Shown: positions 15,469-24,259 of the stretch, in pieces
How the letters are laid out: each line of letters begins with the position of its first letter
Position numbering within the stretch: the first letter of the stretch is position 1
DNA from: an uncultured Gammaproteobacteria bacterium
Lineage (GTDB): Bacteria; Patescibacteriota; Patescibacteriia; Magasanikbacterales; JBBTQS01
Direction of reading: 5' to 3'
DNA: 39,448 bases
Assembly (NCBI GenBank): GCA_964554065.1
Contig: CAZKMQ010000002.1
Location: 1-39,448, forward strand
Made by a program: the position numbers and the translations under genes
Notes under the pieces: model-generated
The model's database searches: none
What the model was told of the DNA's origin: nothing
What the model saw: the letters and a program-made list of their open reading frames with translations, nothing else

Positions 15469-18363
15469 ATGGAGAAATACGATTTTAAAAAGTCTGAGAA
15501 AAAGTGGCAGAAGTATTGGGAAAAGCATGGCACATTTCGTGCGCATGATTTTAAAATGGATAAGCCAAAGTATTATCCGCTTGTTGAGTTTCCTTATCCA
15601 TCAGGAGTTGGTTTGCATGTTGGTCATCCGCGGCCGTATACTGCCTTGGATATTGTTGCGCGCAAGCGGCGTATGGAGGGATATAATGTATTGTTTCCAA
15701 TTGGGTGGGACGCGTTTGGTTTGCCAACAGAAAATTATGCGATTAAGACAGGTCGGCCGCCTGCTGAAGTTACTGCTGAAAATATTGCGAATTTCACAAA
15801 GCAGATTAAGTCTCTTGGTATTGGTTTTGATTGGTCGCGTGAGGTTAACACAACGGATCCATCATATTATAAATGGACGCAGTGGATTTTCTTGCAGTTA
15901 TATAAGGAGGGGTTGGCATATAAAGCGAACATTCCAGTGAATTGGTGTTTGAGTTGCAAAATTGGACTGGCAAATGAAGAGGTTGTTGATGGTGCGTGTG
16001 AGCGTTGTGGTGGTGAGGTGGAAAAGCGTGACAAAGAGCAATGGATGCTTGCGATCACAAAGTATGCTGATCGCTTGCTTGAGGATTTGGACACTGTAGA
16101 TTATATTTCGCGCACAAAAGTTCAACAGAAAAATTGGATTGGAAAAAGCGAAGGTGCTGAATTGGAATTTGCTATTGATGGAAGTGATGCAAAGATTCGT
16201 GTGTTTACAACTCGGCCAGACACATTATTTGGCGCTACGTATATGGTGCTCGCACCTGAGCATGAATTGGTGGAAAGTTTGAAAGAAAAAATAACTAATT
16301 GGGCGGCAGTTGAAAAATATCGCAGCGCCTCACGCAAAGTTAAAGAAATTGACCGAGTGGCTGAAGGTCGCGCTAAGACCGGTGTTGCTTTGGAGGGTGT
16401 TTTTGCGGTGAATCCTGCAAATGAGGAAAAGATTCCTGTTTGGATTGCAGATTATGTTCTTGCATCATATGGAACTGGTGCGATTATGGCTGTGCCAGCG
16501 CATGATGAGCGGGACATGGAATTTGCAAAGCAATTTGATTTGTCCGTGGTCGAGGTTGTTGATGAGGATGGCGTATTGGTGAGCTCAGGTGAATTCGATG
16601 GATTGGATTGGGAGGATGCAAAATGGGCGATCACTAAAAAAGTTGGTGGTAATCGCACTACGCAGTTCAAGTTGCGCGATTGGGTTTTTTCACGTCAACG
16701 ATATTGGGGTGAACCGATTCCTTTGGTGTATTGTAAAAAGTGTGCGGATTGGATTGCATTACCCGAAGATCAGCTTCCACTTGAGTTGCCAATTGTTGAA
16801 AAGTACGAGCCAACAGATAATGGTGAGTCTCCGCTTGCGTCTATTGACGATTGGGTGAAGACAGAATGTCCGAGTTGTGGAGGGTCTGCACGACGTGAAA
16901 CAGATACAATGCCGAATTGGGCAGGGAGCAGTTGGTATTTTTTGCGGTATACTGCAGCGGATGATGAGTTATTTACGCGTGAGAAATCTTGGCAGCGCGA
17001 TTCAATCGAGCACAACGAACATGATGCTGCGGTTTGGGAGACATTTTTGAAAGTGCGTGAGATTGCAAAGAATGAGGGTGTGGACTTTTGGGTGTGTGGC
17101 AGTCTTATGATAAATGCTTTGAATCGCAGTGTGTGGGAGCACATGGATGATCTAGATATTCATGTGCATGGTTGTGATTATGAAAAATTCATTGCTGCAC
17201 TTGTTGGTGCAGGAATGGTTGAAAATAATCGTCGTGAAGGTAGCGTGCAAATTACACATGGTCAGGTTGATGTTGAATTGGTTGAAGTAATTGATGAAGG
17301 TGGTGATGACTATTCTTATTACAGTAATGGGCAGAAGATTCTGATGGCGCATAATGATTTGGAACATGTTGAGCGTGGTTTGTTAAATGGAGTTTCTTTC
17401 AGAACTGTATCGCCATATCATGCGTTATATCAATATACATATTTGAAAAAATATTTTGAGCGTGCAAAGGAGGGTGATGAAGATAAGAAAAAGTTTTTGC
17501 ATGATTATTTGAGTGCGCCAATTAATTATTGGATGGGTGTGGATTGGTACAATGGTGGCATGGAGCACACGGTTTTGCATTTGTTGTATTCACGGTTTTG
17601 GAATAAATTCTTGTTTGATATTGGTGTTGTGCCGACTTCGGAGCCTTATAACAAGCGTACAAGTCATGGATTGATTTTGGCTAAGGGTGGTGAGAAAATG
17701 AGTAAGTCGCGCGGCAATGTTGTGAATCCTGATGAGATCGTGGAAAAGTATGGTGCTGATGTGTTTCGCATGTATGAAATGTTCATCGGGCCGTTTGATC
17801 AGGCAGCTCATTGGGATCCGCAAGGGCTTATGGGTGTGAAACGTTTTATTGATAAGGTTTGGAAGTTGCAATCCAAGGTTGAAGATGCTGAGCAGGATGA
17901 TGTGATGTTGCAGAAAGTGAATTATCTTATTCACAAGGTTAGCGTAGATGTTGAGGCAATGCGATTTAATACTGCAATTTCTGCCATGATGGAATTTGTT
18001 AATTATTGTTCGGGCCTTGATGAGGTGCCGTTGTCTTCAATGCGCTTGTTAGTTAAGGTGTTGTCTCCGTTTGCACCACATATGGCTGAGGAGTTATGGG
18101 AGAAGTGGGGTGATAAAGAATTGTCTATTAGTAAATCTGATTGGCCGCGTGCAAATCCTGACTTATTGATACTTAGTGAAGTTACATATGCGGTTCAGGT
18201 CAATGGTAAGTTGCGTGCAACAATCACAGTTGATGCAGATGTTCCGGAAGATGAAGTGCAGGAATTGGCTTTGGTGCATGAGAAGGTTGTGAAATGGTTG
18301 GATGGCAAAAAACCCAAGAAGGTTATTTTGGTAAAAGGTAAGATGGTGAGCATTGTTGTGTAA
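15469..18363 (+). CDS. leuS: Leucyl-tRNA synthetase with a large inserted domain
   Basis: Motifs are PYPSGVGLHVGH (HIGH), the CP1 editing domain (TRPDTLFGATYMVLAPEH) and KMSKS. The start is set at MEKYDFKKSEKKWQ. About 175 extra residues lie between SSWYFLRY and YNGGMEHTVLHLLYSRFW. Confidence 0.95.
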   Translation: MEKYDFKKSEKKWQKYWEKHGTFRAHDFKMDKPKYYPLVEFPYPSGVGLHVGHPRPYTALDIVARKRRMEGYNVLFPIGWDAFGLPTENYAIKTGRPPAEVTAENIANFTKQIKSLGIGFDWSREVNTTDPSYYKWTQWIFLQLYKEGLAYKANIPVNWCLSCKIGLANEEVVDGACERCGGEVEKRDKEQWMLAITKYADRLLEDLDTVDYISRTKVQQKNWIGKSEGAELEFAIDGSDAKIRVFTTRPDTLFGATYMVLAPEHELVESLKEKITNWAAVEKYRSASRKVKEIDRVAEGRAKTGVALEGVFAVNPANEEKIPVWIADYVLASYGTGAIMAVPAHDERDMEFAKQFDLSVVEVVDEDGVLVSSGEFDGLDWEDAKWAITKKVGGNRTTQFKLRDWVFSRQRYWGEPIPLVYCKKCADWIALPEDQLPLELPIVEKYEPTDNGESPLASIDDWVKTECPSCGGSARRETDTMPNWAGSSWYFLRYTAADDELFTREKSWQRDSIEHNEHDAAVWETFLKVREIAKNEGVDFWVCGSLMINALNRSVWEHMDDLDIHVHGCDYEKFIAALVGAGMVENNRREGSVQITHGQVDVELVEVIDEGGDDYSYYSNGQKILMAHNDLEHVERGLLNGVSFRTVSPYHALYQYTYLKKYFERAKEGDEDKKKFLHDYLSAPINYWMGVDWYNGGMEHTVLHLLYSRFWNKFLFDIGVVPTSEPYNKRTSHGLILAKGGEKMSKSRGNVVNPDEIVEKYGADVFRMYEMFIGPFDQAAHWDPQGLMGVKRFIDKVWKLQSKVEDAEQDDVMLQKVNYLIHKVSVDVEAMRFNTAISAMMEFVNYCSGLDEVPLSSMRLLVKVLSPFAPHMAEELWEKWGDKELSISKSDWPRANPDLLILSEVTYAVQVNGKLRATITVDADVPEDEVQELALVHEKVVKWLDGKKPKKVILVKGKMVSIVV

Positions 18364-18382
18364 ACAGTTTATCCTGAAATTA

Positions 18383-18407
18383 TCCAGGCTAGCGCCTGGA
18401 TTTTTTT
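18383..18407 (+). terminator. Intrinsic terminator after leuS
   Basis: The stem tccagg/cctgga is followed by a T7 run. Confidence 0.7.
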
Positions 18408-18436
18408 GTTGTTGAATTGTACAATGATCTAATTCT

Positions 18437-19735
18437 ATGATTACAAAAATTATACAGTCGCCTTCGCAGCGCTTTGTGTGGGTATGTTTGATTGTGCTTA
18501 TTGTGATGGGGGTGCGAGTATTTGTGCAAGAAAGATATATTACAACTAAAGTGAATATTGAGGATTATGTAGAATTCACAGGAGTTGTAGATAGAGAAGA
18601 GGTAGTGCGTGGGAATCAGCAAGAGTTGATAGTTCGTGATGGTGAGGATGTAACACAAGTAAAGTTGTTCGCTTATCCGCAATATAAGTATGGCAATTAT
18701 ATCCGCGTGTGGTGCAGTCGAAGTAGACCTGAGTCATATTACGGAAGATATTTGCGTATGCAAGGTATTGGTTATATTTGCGACAATTCTGAAGTGGAAC
18801 TTGTTGAGCAAGATGGTGGTTTTTTGTTTAAAAAAATACTCTACACAGTTAGGCGAAAAACCAGTGAGCAGATTAATCGTATTTGGCCAGAGCCGCATGC
18901 TGCGCTCGTAGCAGGAATTTTGTATGGCGCACGCGTTAACATGCCGATGCAGCTCAAAGAGGAATTTTCTATTGTTGGGCTGACGCATATTATGGCTGTG
19001 TCTGGATACAATGTCACAATCATCGCAAATGTGATTATGCATTTATTGCGTGGCGTTGGTGTTAGACGAAAGCGAGCTTTTTGGTTTGTATTTGTTGCAG
19101 TTGTGCTTTTTGTTATCTTTGTTGGATCAAGTGCATCTGCAGTGCGTGCAGGAATCATGGGTATTGTTGGTTTGCTTGGTCGCACACTTGGGCGCGGCGG
19201 AAGCGCCGCGCCATTATTAGTTCTTGCTGCTCTGCTTATGACTTTGCATAATCCTATGGTGCTTCTTTATGATGCTGGATTTCATTTGTCTATGCTCGCA
19301 ACTATTGGATTGATTTATGGATCGCATCGTGTTGAGTTGGTGTTATGGTGGGTGACAGATAGGTTCGAGTTGCGACAGATTATTGCAACAACGATTAGTG
19401 CGATTGCTGCAACAGCACCTTATATAAGCTGGTCATTTGGCAGCGTGTCAATTATTTCACTATTTGCTAACGTAGTTATTTTGCCTGTTATACCTTTGCT
19501 TATGATGAGTAGTGCTGTTGCAGTTGGTGCTGGGGTGTTGAGTGTGTCACTTGGGCTACTAATTGGAAGTGTTGCATGGATAATTTCGTCGTATGTTACT
19601 GCTATTGTGCACTTGTTAGCTCAGCTTCCATTTGCAAATGTGCAGTTTTCGATTTCGTTTTGGATGATGATAGTTATGTATGTTGGTTTATGGTTATTAC
19701 TTCAAAAAAAATTATCACAGTCAGTTGCGCCTTGA
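18437..19735 (+). CDS. comEC: ComEC/Rec2 DNA-uptake channel, N-terminal OB-like plus competence (membrane) domains
   Basis: It is a polytopic membrane protein with the conserved GLTHIMAVSGYNV and SASAVRAGIMG segments. Confidence 0.8.
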   Translation: MITKIIQSPSQRFVWVCLIVLIVMGVRVFVQERYITTKVNIEDYVEFTGVVDREEVVRGNQQELIVRDGEDVTQVKLFAYPQYKYGNYIRVWCSRSRPESYYGRYLRMQGIGYICDNSEVELVEQDGGFLFKKILYTVRRKTSEQINRIWPEPHAALVAGILYGARVNMPMQLKEEFSIVGLTHIMAVSGYNVTIIANVIMHLLRGVGVRRKRAFWFVFVAVVLFVIFVGSSASAVRAGIMGIVGLLGRTLGRGGSAAPLLVLAALLMTLHNPMVLLYDAGFHLSMLATIGLIYGSHRVELVLWWVTDRFELRQIIATTISAIAATAPYISWSFGSVSIISLFANVVILPVIPLLMMSSAVAVGAGVLSVSLGLLIGSVAWIISSYVTAIVHLLAQLPFANVQFSISFWMMIVMYVGLWLLLQKKLSQSVAP

Positions 19736-20499
19736 TTTTGTTTTGTATTTTATATGTGCAGAAATATAATTTAGATGCGAAGATTTATTATCTTGATGTT
19801 GGCCAGGGTGACGCAACACTTATTCATGTTCCTCCACATACGCAAATGCTTGTTGATTGTGGTAAAACCGATCAGGTGCTTGAGGCGATTGGTCGTAATC
19901 AAGCTTATTATGATCGCACTATAGAGTATTTGGTAGTTACTCATGCAGATTTGGATCATTATGGTGGTTGTATTGCTGTGCTTGAGCGGTTTGATGTTGT
20001 GAAAGTGTATTATAATGGCTTGGAAAAAGATTATGATCCAGCGTGGCGTGCTTTTATGAAGGCAATTTATGATTCAGATGCGGAATTGATTGTAATTAGT
20101 GAGCGTGTTCAGTGGGAGATAGGAGGGTTATATATTCGATCGTTAGGTGGCTTGGATTTGAGTGAGGGGAATAACGCGTCAGTGGTTTTGCAACTTTTTA
20201 GTCCAAACGGAGTGCATTTACTAACCGGTGACGCAGAGCGTGAGCGTGAGGAGTATTTGTCTGCAGAATATGGAAATGCGCTGCGCAGCGATATATACAA
20301 GGTAGGACATCATGGTAGTAAGACTTCGTCTACTGATAGTTTCCTGAAACATGTTGGCGCGAGCATTGGTGTTATTTCTGCAGGTGCAGGTAACCAGTAT
20401 GGACACCCTGCAGCTCGGGTAGTGGCTAGACTTAAGCGCTATGGGATTGAAATACTGGAAACATCTGTTCTCGGGGATGTGCATTTTGTGCTATACTAG
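19690..20499 (+). CDS. comEC: ComEC C-terminal metallo-beta-lactamase domain, encoded as a separate overlapping ORF
   Basis: MBL motifs are present: YYLDVGQGDA, VVTHADLDHYGG, LLTGDAE and KVGHHGS. It is in a different reading frame from 18437-19735, and the two overlap around an A8 tract at 19704-19711. The start at ATG 19690 is tentative. Confidence 0.7.
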   Translation: MVITSKKIITVSCALILFCILYVQKYNLDAKIYYLDVGQGDATLIHVPPHTQMLVDCGKTDQVLEAIGRNQAYYDRTIEYLVVTHADLDHYGGCIAVLERFDVVKVYYNGLEKDYDPAWRAFMKAIYDSDAELIVISERVQWEIGGLYIRSLGGLDLSEGNNASVVLQLFSPNGVHLLTGDAEREREEYLSAEYGNALRSDIYKVGHHGSKTSSTDSFLKHVGASIGVISAGAGNQYGHPAARVVARLKRYGIEILETSVLGDVHFVLY

Positions 20500-20504
20500 A
20501 GCAA

Positions 20505-21998
20505 ATGATTTTTATGAAAAAATTAGCAATTGGCTTAGTAGTTTCATTATTTTTGACTGTAACAGCAAGTGCTGCTACAGGTGTTGGATTTGTGCCAAGT
20601 AGTGGTGTGTGGTTTTCAGAGGATGTGTTCTTTGAAGATGACACTGTTAAGTTATATACAGTTGTTGTGAACAATACGTATCAGTCGCTTTCAGGTACGC
20701 TTGGGTTTTATGATAATGATAACTTGATAACTGAGGTGAGTTTTTCAAAAATTAAGTTCGAAGAAGCAAAGCAGGTTGCTGCAACATGGACGCCAAAAGC
20801 AGGAGATCATAATCTAAGTGCCAAGTTCATCACTGTTACTGGAGTTAAGGATGATGGTAGTTCTGAGTCATTAGGTAGTGGATCGTTTACTGGTGGATCT
20901 TCTGTTGTAACCAACTCTCGGTATGTGGATTTAGATACTGATAACGACAATGTTGGTAATGAGGTTGATGATGACGATGATAATGATGGGCTGTCTGACC
21001 AAGAAGAAGTTGGTATTGGTTCAAGTTCGTTAAAAAGTGACAGTGACGATGATGGACTTGGTGATAAACAAGAAGTAGAAAATGGTACTGACCCAACGCG
21101 AGCAGATACAGATGGGGATGGTGTGAATGATCCTGATGATGTGTTTCCTAAAGATGGGGGTGAGTGGTCTGATGTTGACGGCGATGGTATTGGAGATAAT
21201 GGCGATACTGACGATGATAATGATGGTTTGAGCGATAGTGATGAGGCTACACATGGAAGTGATCCGTATAAATCAGATACTGATGGTGATGGTCTTGATG
21301 ATAATTATGAAGTTAGTATTAATTCAGATCCTACAAAAGTGGATACTGATCTTGATGGGTTAGATGATGCTAAGGAAAATACTTTGGGTACTGATGCGCG
21401 CAAAGAAGATACTGATGGTGATGGATTAACTGATGGGAATGAGGTTGATGTAACTGAGACTAATCCGTTGGTTGCTGATTCTGACGGTGATGGGTTAGAT
21501 GATGGTGCAGAACTTGAGTTAGGTACTTCACCTTTGTTCCAGGATTCCGATGCAGACGGTGTTAATGATGATGCTGATCCATTTCCAATGAATAAGAATG
21601 AGTGGATGGATTCAGACGGTGATGGTGTTGGTGATAACGAAGATACTGATGATGATAATGATGGTGTACCTGATGAGAAGGAATTGGAGCTAGGTACAGA
21701 TCCACTTAAGAGTGATACTGATGACGATGGATTGAGTGATAAGGATGAAATTGAGGTAGCATATACAAACCCAACTGTGGCTGATAGCGATAATGATGGT
21801 GCGTCTGATGGGTTCGAAGTTGCGCAAGGTACTGATCCAAATTCTGATGGTTCAGTCCCAGATATTAAAGAAGAAGTTGAAGGCGAAGATGGTGAGCCAA
21901 TGTCTATGCGAAAAGTGCTATTGACCTTGGCGATTATTTCATCGTTAGGTGTGCTATTCTTTGCTGGACTGTATGCTGTTAAGCGTAGAGAAAACTAA
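20505..21998 (+). CDS. Secreted, C-terminally anchored acidic protein with about 15 thrombospondin type-3-like calcium-binding repeats
   Basis: It has an N-terminal signal or TM segment (KKLAIGLVVSLFLTVTASA), repeated D-x-D-x-D-G-x-x-D motifs (DTDGDGLTDGNE and similar), and a C-terminal TM helix followed by KRREN. Confidence 0.75.
   Translation: MIFMKKLAIGLVVSLFLTVTASAATGVGFVPSSGVWFSEDVFFEDDTVKLYTVVVNNTYQSLSGTLGFYDNDNLITEVSFSKIKFEEAKQVAATWTPKAGDHNLSAKFITVTGVKDDGSSESLGSGSFTGGSSVVTNSRYVDLDTDNDNVGNEVDDDDDNDGLSDQEEVGIGSSSLKSDSDDDGLGDKQEVENGTDPTRADTDGDGVNDPDDVFPKDGGEWSDVDGDGIGDNGDTDDDNDGLSDSDEATHGSDPYKSDTDGDGLDDNYEVSINSDPTKVDTDLDGLDDAKENTLGTDARKEDTDGDGLTDGNEVDVTETNPLVADSDGDGLDDGAELELGTSPLFQDSDADGVNDDADPFPMNKNEWMDSDGDGVGDNEDTDDDNDGVPDEKELELGTDPLKSDTDDDGLSDKDEIEVAYTNPTVADSDNDGASDGFEVAQGTDPNSDGSVPDIKEEVEGEDGEPMSMRKVLLTLAIISSLGVLFFAGLYAVKRREN
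20926..21845 (+). repeat. Degenerate tandem coding repeats (gatactgatggtgatgg-type units)
   Basis: The DxDxDG-encoding unit recurs about every 45-70 nt throughout this span. The same unit reappears at about 22098-22360 in the next gene. Confidence 0.7.
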
Positions 21999-22005
21999 TA
22001 CTTTC

Positions 22006-22764
22006 TTGATTGCAGTATTGGCTGGTGTGCTTATGCTGTTTTTTGGTTTTGTGCCGGAAGTTGTTTTGGCTGTTCCAATTGAAGTTAATCTTCAAACTTT
22101 GGATACTGATGGTGATGGTTTGACTGATATTGATGAGAATCGACTATACAAGACCGATCTGTTTAATCCTGATACTGATGGTGATGGATATGGTGACGGG
22201 TTAGAGGTTTCGCGTGGGTACTCGCCACATGCTGGTGATGGAGTACGTATGAGTCAGCATGATTTGGACGGTGATGGCATGAATGACCATTTGGCGTTTC
22301 GAACAAACATGGCTGCTGTAGATACTGACGGTGATGGGTTTGATGATGGTCATGAGTTACGTAATGGTTTTGATCCGCGAGTGAGCTCGCCTGATGTGCT
22401 GAAAAAGAAAATTATCGTTGATTTGAGCGACCAGCAGCTGATGTATTATTGGGGTGATGTTAAGATGGGGCAGATTACAATTTCGTCCGGTCGTCCTGGT
22501 GCGCCATCACCACAAGGCACGTTCACGATTAATACCAAATTGCCAACGCATGTTTATTCTGGGGCTGGATACTACTATCCAAACACCAAGTGGAACATGC
22601 GATTCTTTGGGACACCACCGCGCTCGTATTACATTCACGGTGCTTTCTGGCATGATGATTGGGGGAAACCTGTGAGCGGTGGTTGTATTAATGTGCGGTA
22701 TGAAGATATGGAAGGTTTGTATGGTTGGGCAGATATTGGAACAGAAGTTGAGATTGTTTCATAA
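22006..22764 (+). CDS. L,D-transpeptidase (YkuD domain) with N-terminal TSP3-like repeats
   Basis: The C-terminal YkuD catalytic signature is present: YIHGAFWHDDWGKPVSGGCINV (His...Gly-Cys). The N-terminus has a TM segment and DTDGDG repeats. The start is uncertain: TTG at 22006 or ATG at 22033. Confidence 0.75.
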   Translation: MIAVLAGVLMLFFGFVPEVVLAVPIEVNLQTLDTDGDGLTDIDENRLYKTDLFNPDTDGDGYGDGLEVSRGYSPHAGDGVRMSQHDLDGDGMNDHLAFRTNMAAVDTDGDGFDDGHELRNGFDPRVSSPDVLKKKIIVDLSDQQLMYYWGDVKMGQITISSGRPGAPSPQGTFTINTKLPTHVYSGAGYYYPNTKWNMRFFGTPPRSYYIHGAFWHDDWGKPVSGGCINVRYEDMEGLYGWADIGTEVEIVS

Positions 22765-22785
22765 GTCATGTTATTATAGAAATAT

Positions 22786-22866
22786 ATGTTAGGAAAAATT
22801 GTTAAAGTATTAGTTATATTGGCGATTGTTGGCGCAGTTGGCTTGGTTGTTGCAGCAGCGTTTTAG
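22786..22866 (+). CDS. Possible 26-aa hydrophobic micropeptide
   Basis: The ORF runs from ATG to TAG and encodes MLGKIVKVLVILAIVGAVGLVVAAAF, a single TM helix. Its stop lies 1 nt before the pyrH ATG. No clear SD is present. Confidence 0.3.
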   Translation: MLGKIVKVLVILAIVGAVGLVVAAAF

Positions 22867-22867
22867 T

Positions 22868-23569
22868 ATGCAGCGCAAGACAGTAGTTTTATCAGTTGGC
22901 GGATCAATTGTCTCGCCGCATGATGGTGATGGTGTAGTAATAGTGAAGCGATTGCGCACCATGCTTTTTGCATTTGTTAAAAAGGGGTATCAATTCGTGA
23001 TTGTAGTTGGTGGTGGAGCTCCTGCGCGGGATTTTCAAGGGCGGCTGAAGAAGTTGGGGATTAAAGATGACAAAAGTTTGGACTGGATGGGAATCTTTGC
23101 TACGCATCTTAATGCGCGGTACTTCGGTCGAGTGCTTTATCCGCATGCGAAGTCTAAGATTGTCACTGATCCGGTGAAACATAAGAAAACAAGCGATGCT
23201 ATTGTGATTGCTGGCGGACACAAGCCAGGAGCATCTACTGATCATGTTGCTGCACAACTTGCAAAGAAATACGGTGCTAGTTACATGGTGAACTTGAGCA
23301 ATGTTTCGTATATTTATTCTGCTGATCCGCGCAAGGTGAAAAATGCTAAGCGATATGTTGCTTTGAACTGGAAGCAGATGCAAAAGATCGTGGGGACTAA
23401 GTGGTCACCAGGTTTGCATACGCCTTTTGATCCGATCGCAACTAAAGTCTGCAGGAAAAATGATATTGATGTGGCGGTTATCGGTGGAGATAAGTTGGGT
23501 GAGTTGAAAAATTTGTTGTCTGGAAAGAAATTTAAGGGAACATGGATTAGTTCAAAGGTTCTTGACTGA
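22868..23569 (+). CDS. pyrH: UMP kinase (amino-acid-kinase fold, archaeal-like type)
   Basis: Motifs are VVLSVGGSIV, VVGGGAPARDF and IAGGHKPGASTDHVAAQLA. Confidence 0.7.
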   Translation: MQRKTVVLSVGGSIVSPHDGDGVVIVKRLRTMLFAFVKKGYQFVIVVGGGAPARDFQGRLKKLGIKDDKSLDWMGIFATHLNARYFGRVLYPHAKSKIVTDPVKHKKTSDAIVIAGGHKPGASTDHVAAQLAKKYGASYMVNLSNVSYIYSADPRKVKNAKRYVALNWKQMQKIVGTKWSPGLHTPFDPIATKVCRKNDIDVAVIGGDKLGELKNLLSGKKFKGTWISSKVLD

Positions 23570-23590
23570 ATTTGACCGATCTGATACTAT
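23562..23590 (+). promoter_or_regulatory. Promoter (TTGACT-N17-TACTAT) for rplJL
   Basis: Hexamers and spacing were read directly. The site overlaps the end of pyrH. Confidence 0.5.
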
Positions 23591-23595
23591 ATTTC

Positions 23596-23696
23596 CATCG
23601 CCACAGACAGCAGGCAATTAATAAGACCTGCCGAGGTATAAGCTCCCGCTTTAATATATTGGGATAGGTCGGCTTTATCGATAACTGTGGCAGATG
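23596..23696 (+). promoter_or_regulatory. Candidate L10(L12) ribosomal-protein leader structure
   Basis: A long-range closing stem pairs catc-g-ccacag (23596-23606) with ctgtgg-c-agatg (23685-23696). An internal hairpin is gcagg...cctgc. The position directly 5' of rplJ matches the known autoregulatory leader location. Confidence 0.35.
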
Positions 23697-23717
23697 TGTC
23701 ATAGTTTTTTGTTTTTT

Positions 23718-24245
23718 ATGGCTAAAACACGACAACAAAAAGAAGAGGCAGTACGTGATCTTACAGATACTATTAAAAAAAGCAAGGCAGCAGTCTTTGC
23801 ATCGTTTAGTGGTGTTACTGTAGGGGATGCGCAAACATTGCGTCGCGACTGTCGCAAAGAAGATGTACAATACTTGGTTGCAAAAAAGACCATCATGAAT
23901 TTGGCGTTTAAAAACGCTGGGTACAGTGATGTGGATACCAAACCATTTGAGGGTAATGTTGCAGTTGCCTTTGGTATGGGAGACGAGGTTGCATCAGCAA
24001 AAACATTACACACATTTGCCAAAGCGCACGAAGGGTTCACCATCTTGGGTGGAATTCTTGAAGGGCGCTATATTAACGCTGACGAAGTGAACGCACTTGC
24101 GAAACTTCCAAGTCGTGATGAGCTTTTGGCAAAACTGGTTGGATCTATTGCAGCTCCAATGTCAGGATTTGTAAATGTGTTAGCTGGTGTGCCACGCAAT
24201 TTTGTACAGGTATTATCTGCAATTAAAGATGCCAAAGAGGCATAA
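23718..24245 (+). CDS. rplJ: 50S ribosomal protein L10
   Basis: The start is at [12 protein letters not shown]. The L10 sequence is typical and the gene lies immediately upstream of rplL. Confidence 0.9.
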   Translation: MAKTRQQKEEAVRDLTDTIKKSKAAVFASFSGVTVGDAQTLRRDCRKEDVQYLVAKKTIMNLAFKNAGYSDVDTKPFEGNVAVAFGMGDEVASAKTLHTFAKAHEGFTILGGILEGRYINADEVNALAKLPSRDELLAKLVGSIAAPMSGFVNVLAGVPRNFVQVLSAIKDAKEA

Positions 24246-24259
24246 GTAATCAAATCAAT

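Noticed and set aside
16960-17515. The LeuRS insertion could be an intein.
   Set aside because: It has no Cys/Ser/Thr at the N-junction, no His-Asn plus Cys/Ser/Thr at the C-junction, and no homing-endonuclease LAGLIDADG motifs. The insert instead shows an NTase-like GS...DxD pattern.
15458-17934. Multiple 60-160-aa ORFs lie in alternative frames or antisense within leuS. Similar ones occur within infB, rny and glyQS.
   Set aside because: They are fully nested in strongly supported housekeeping genes. They have no signals, and their compositions are skewed as expected of off-frame translation.
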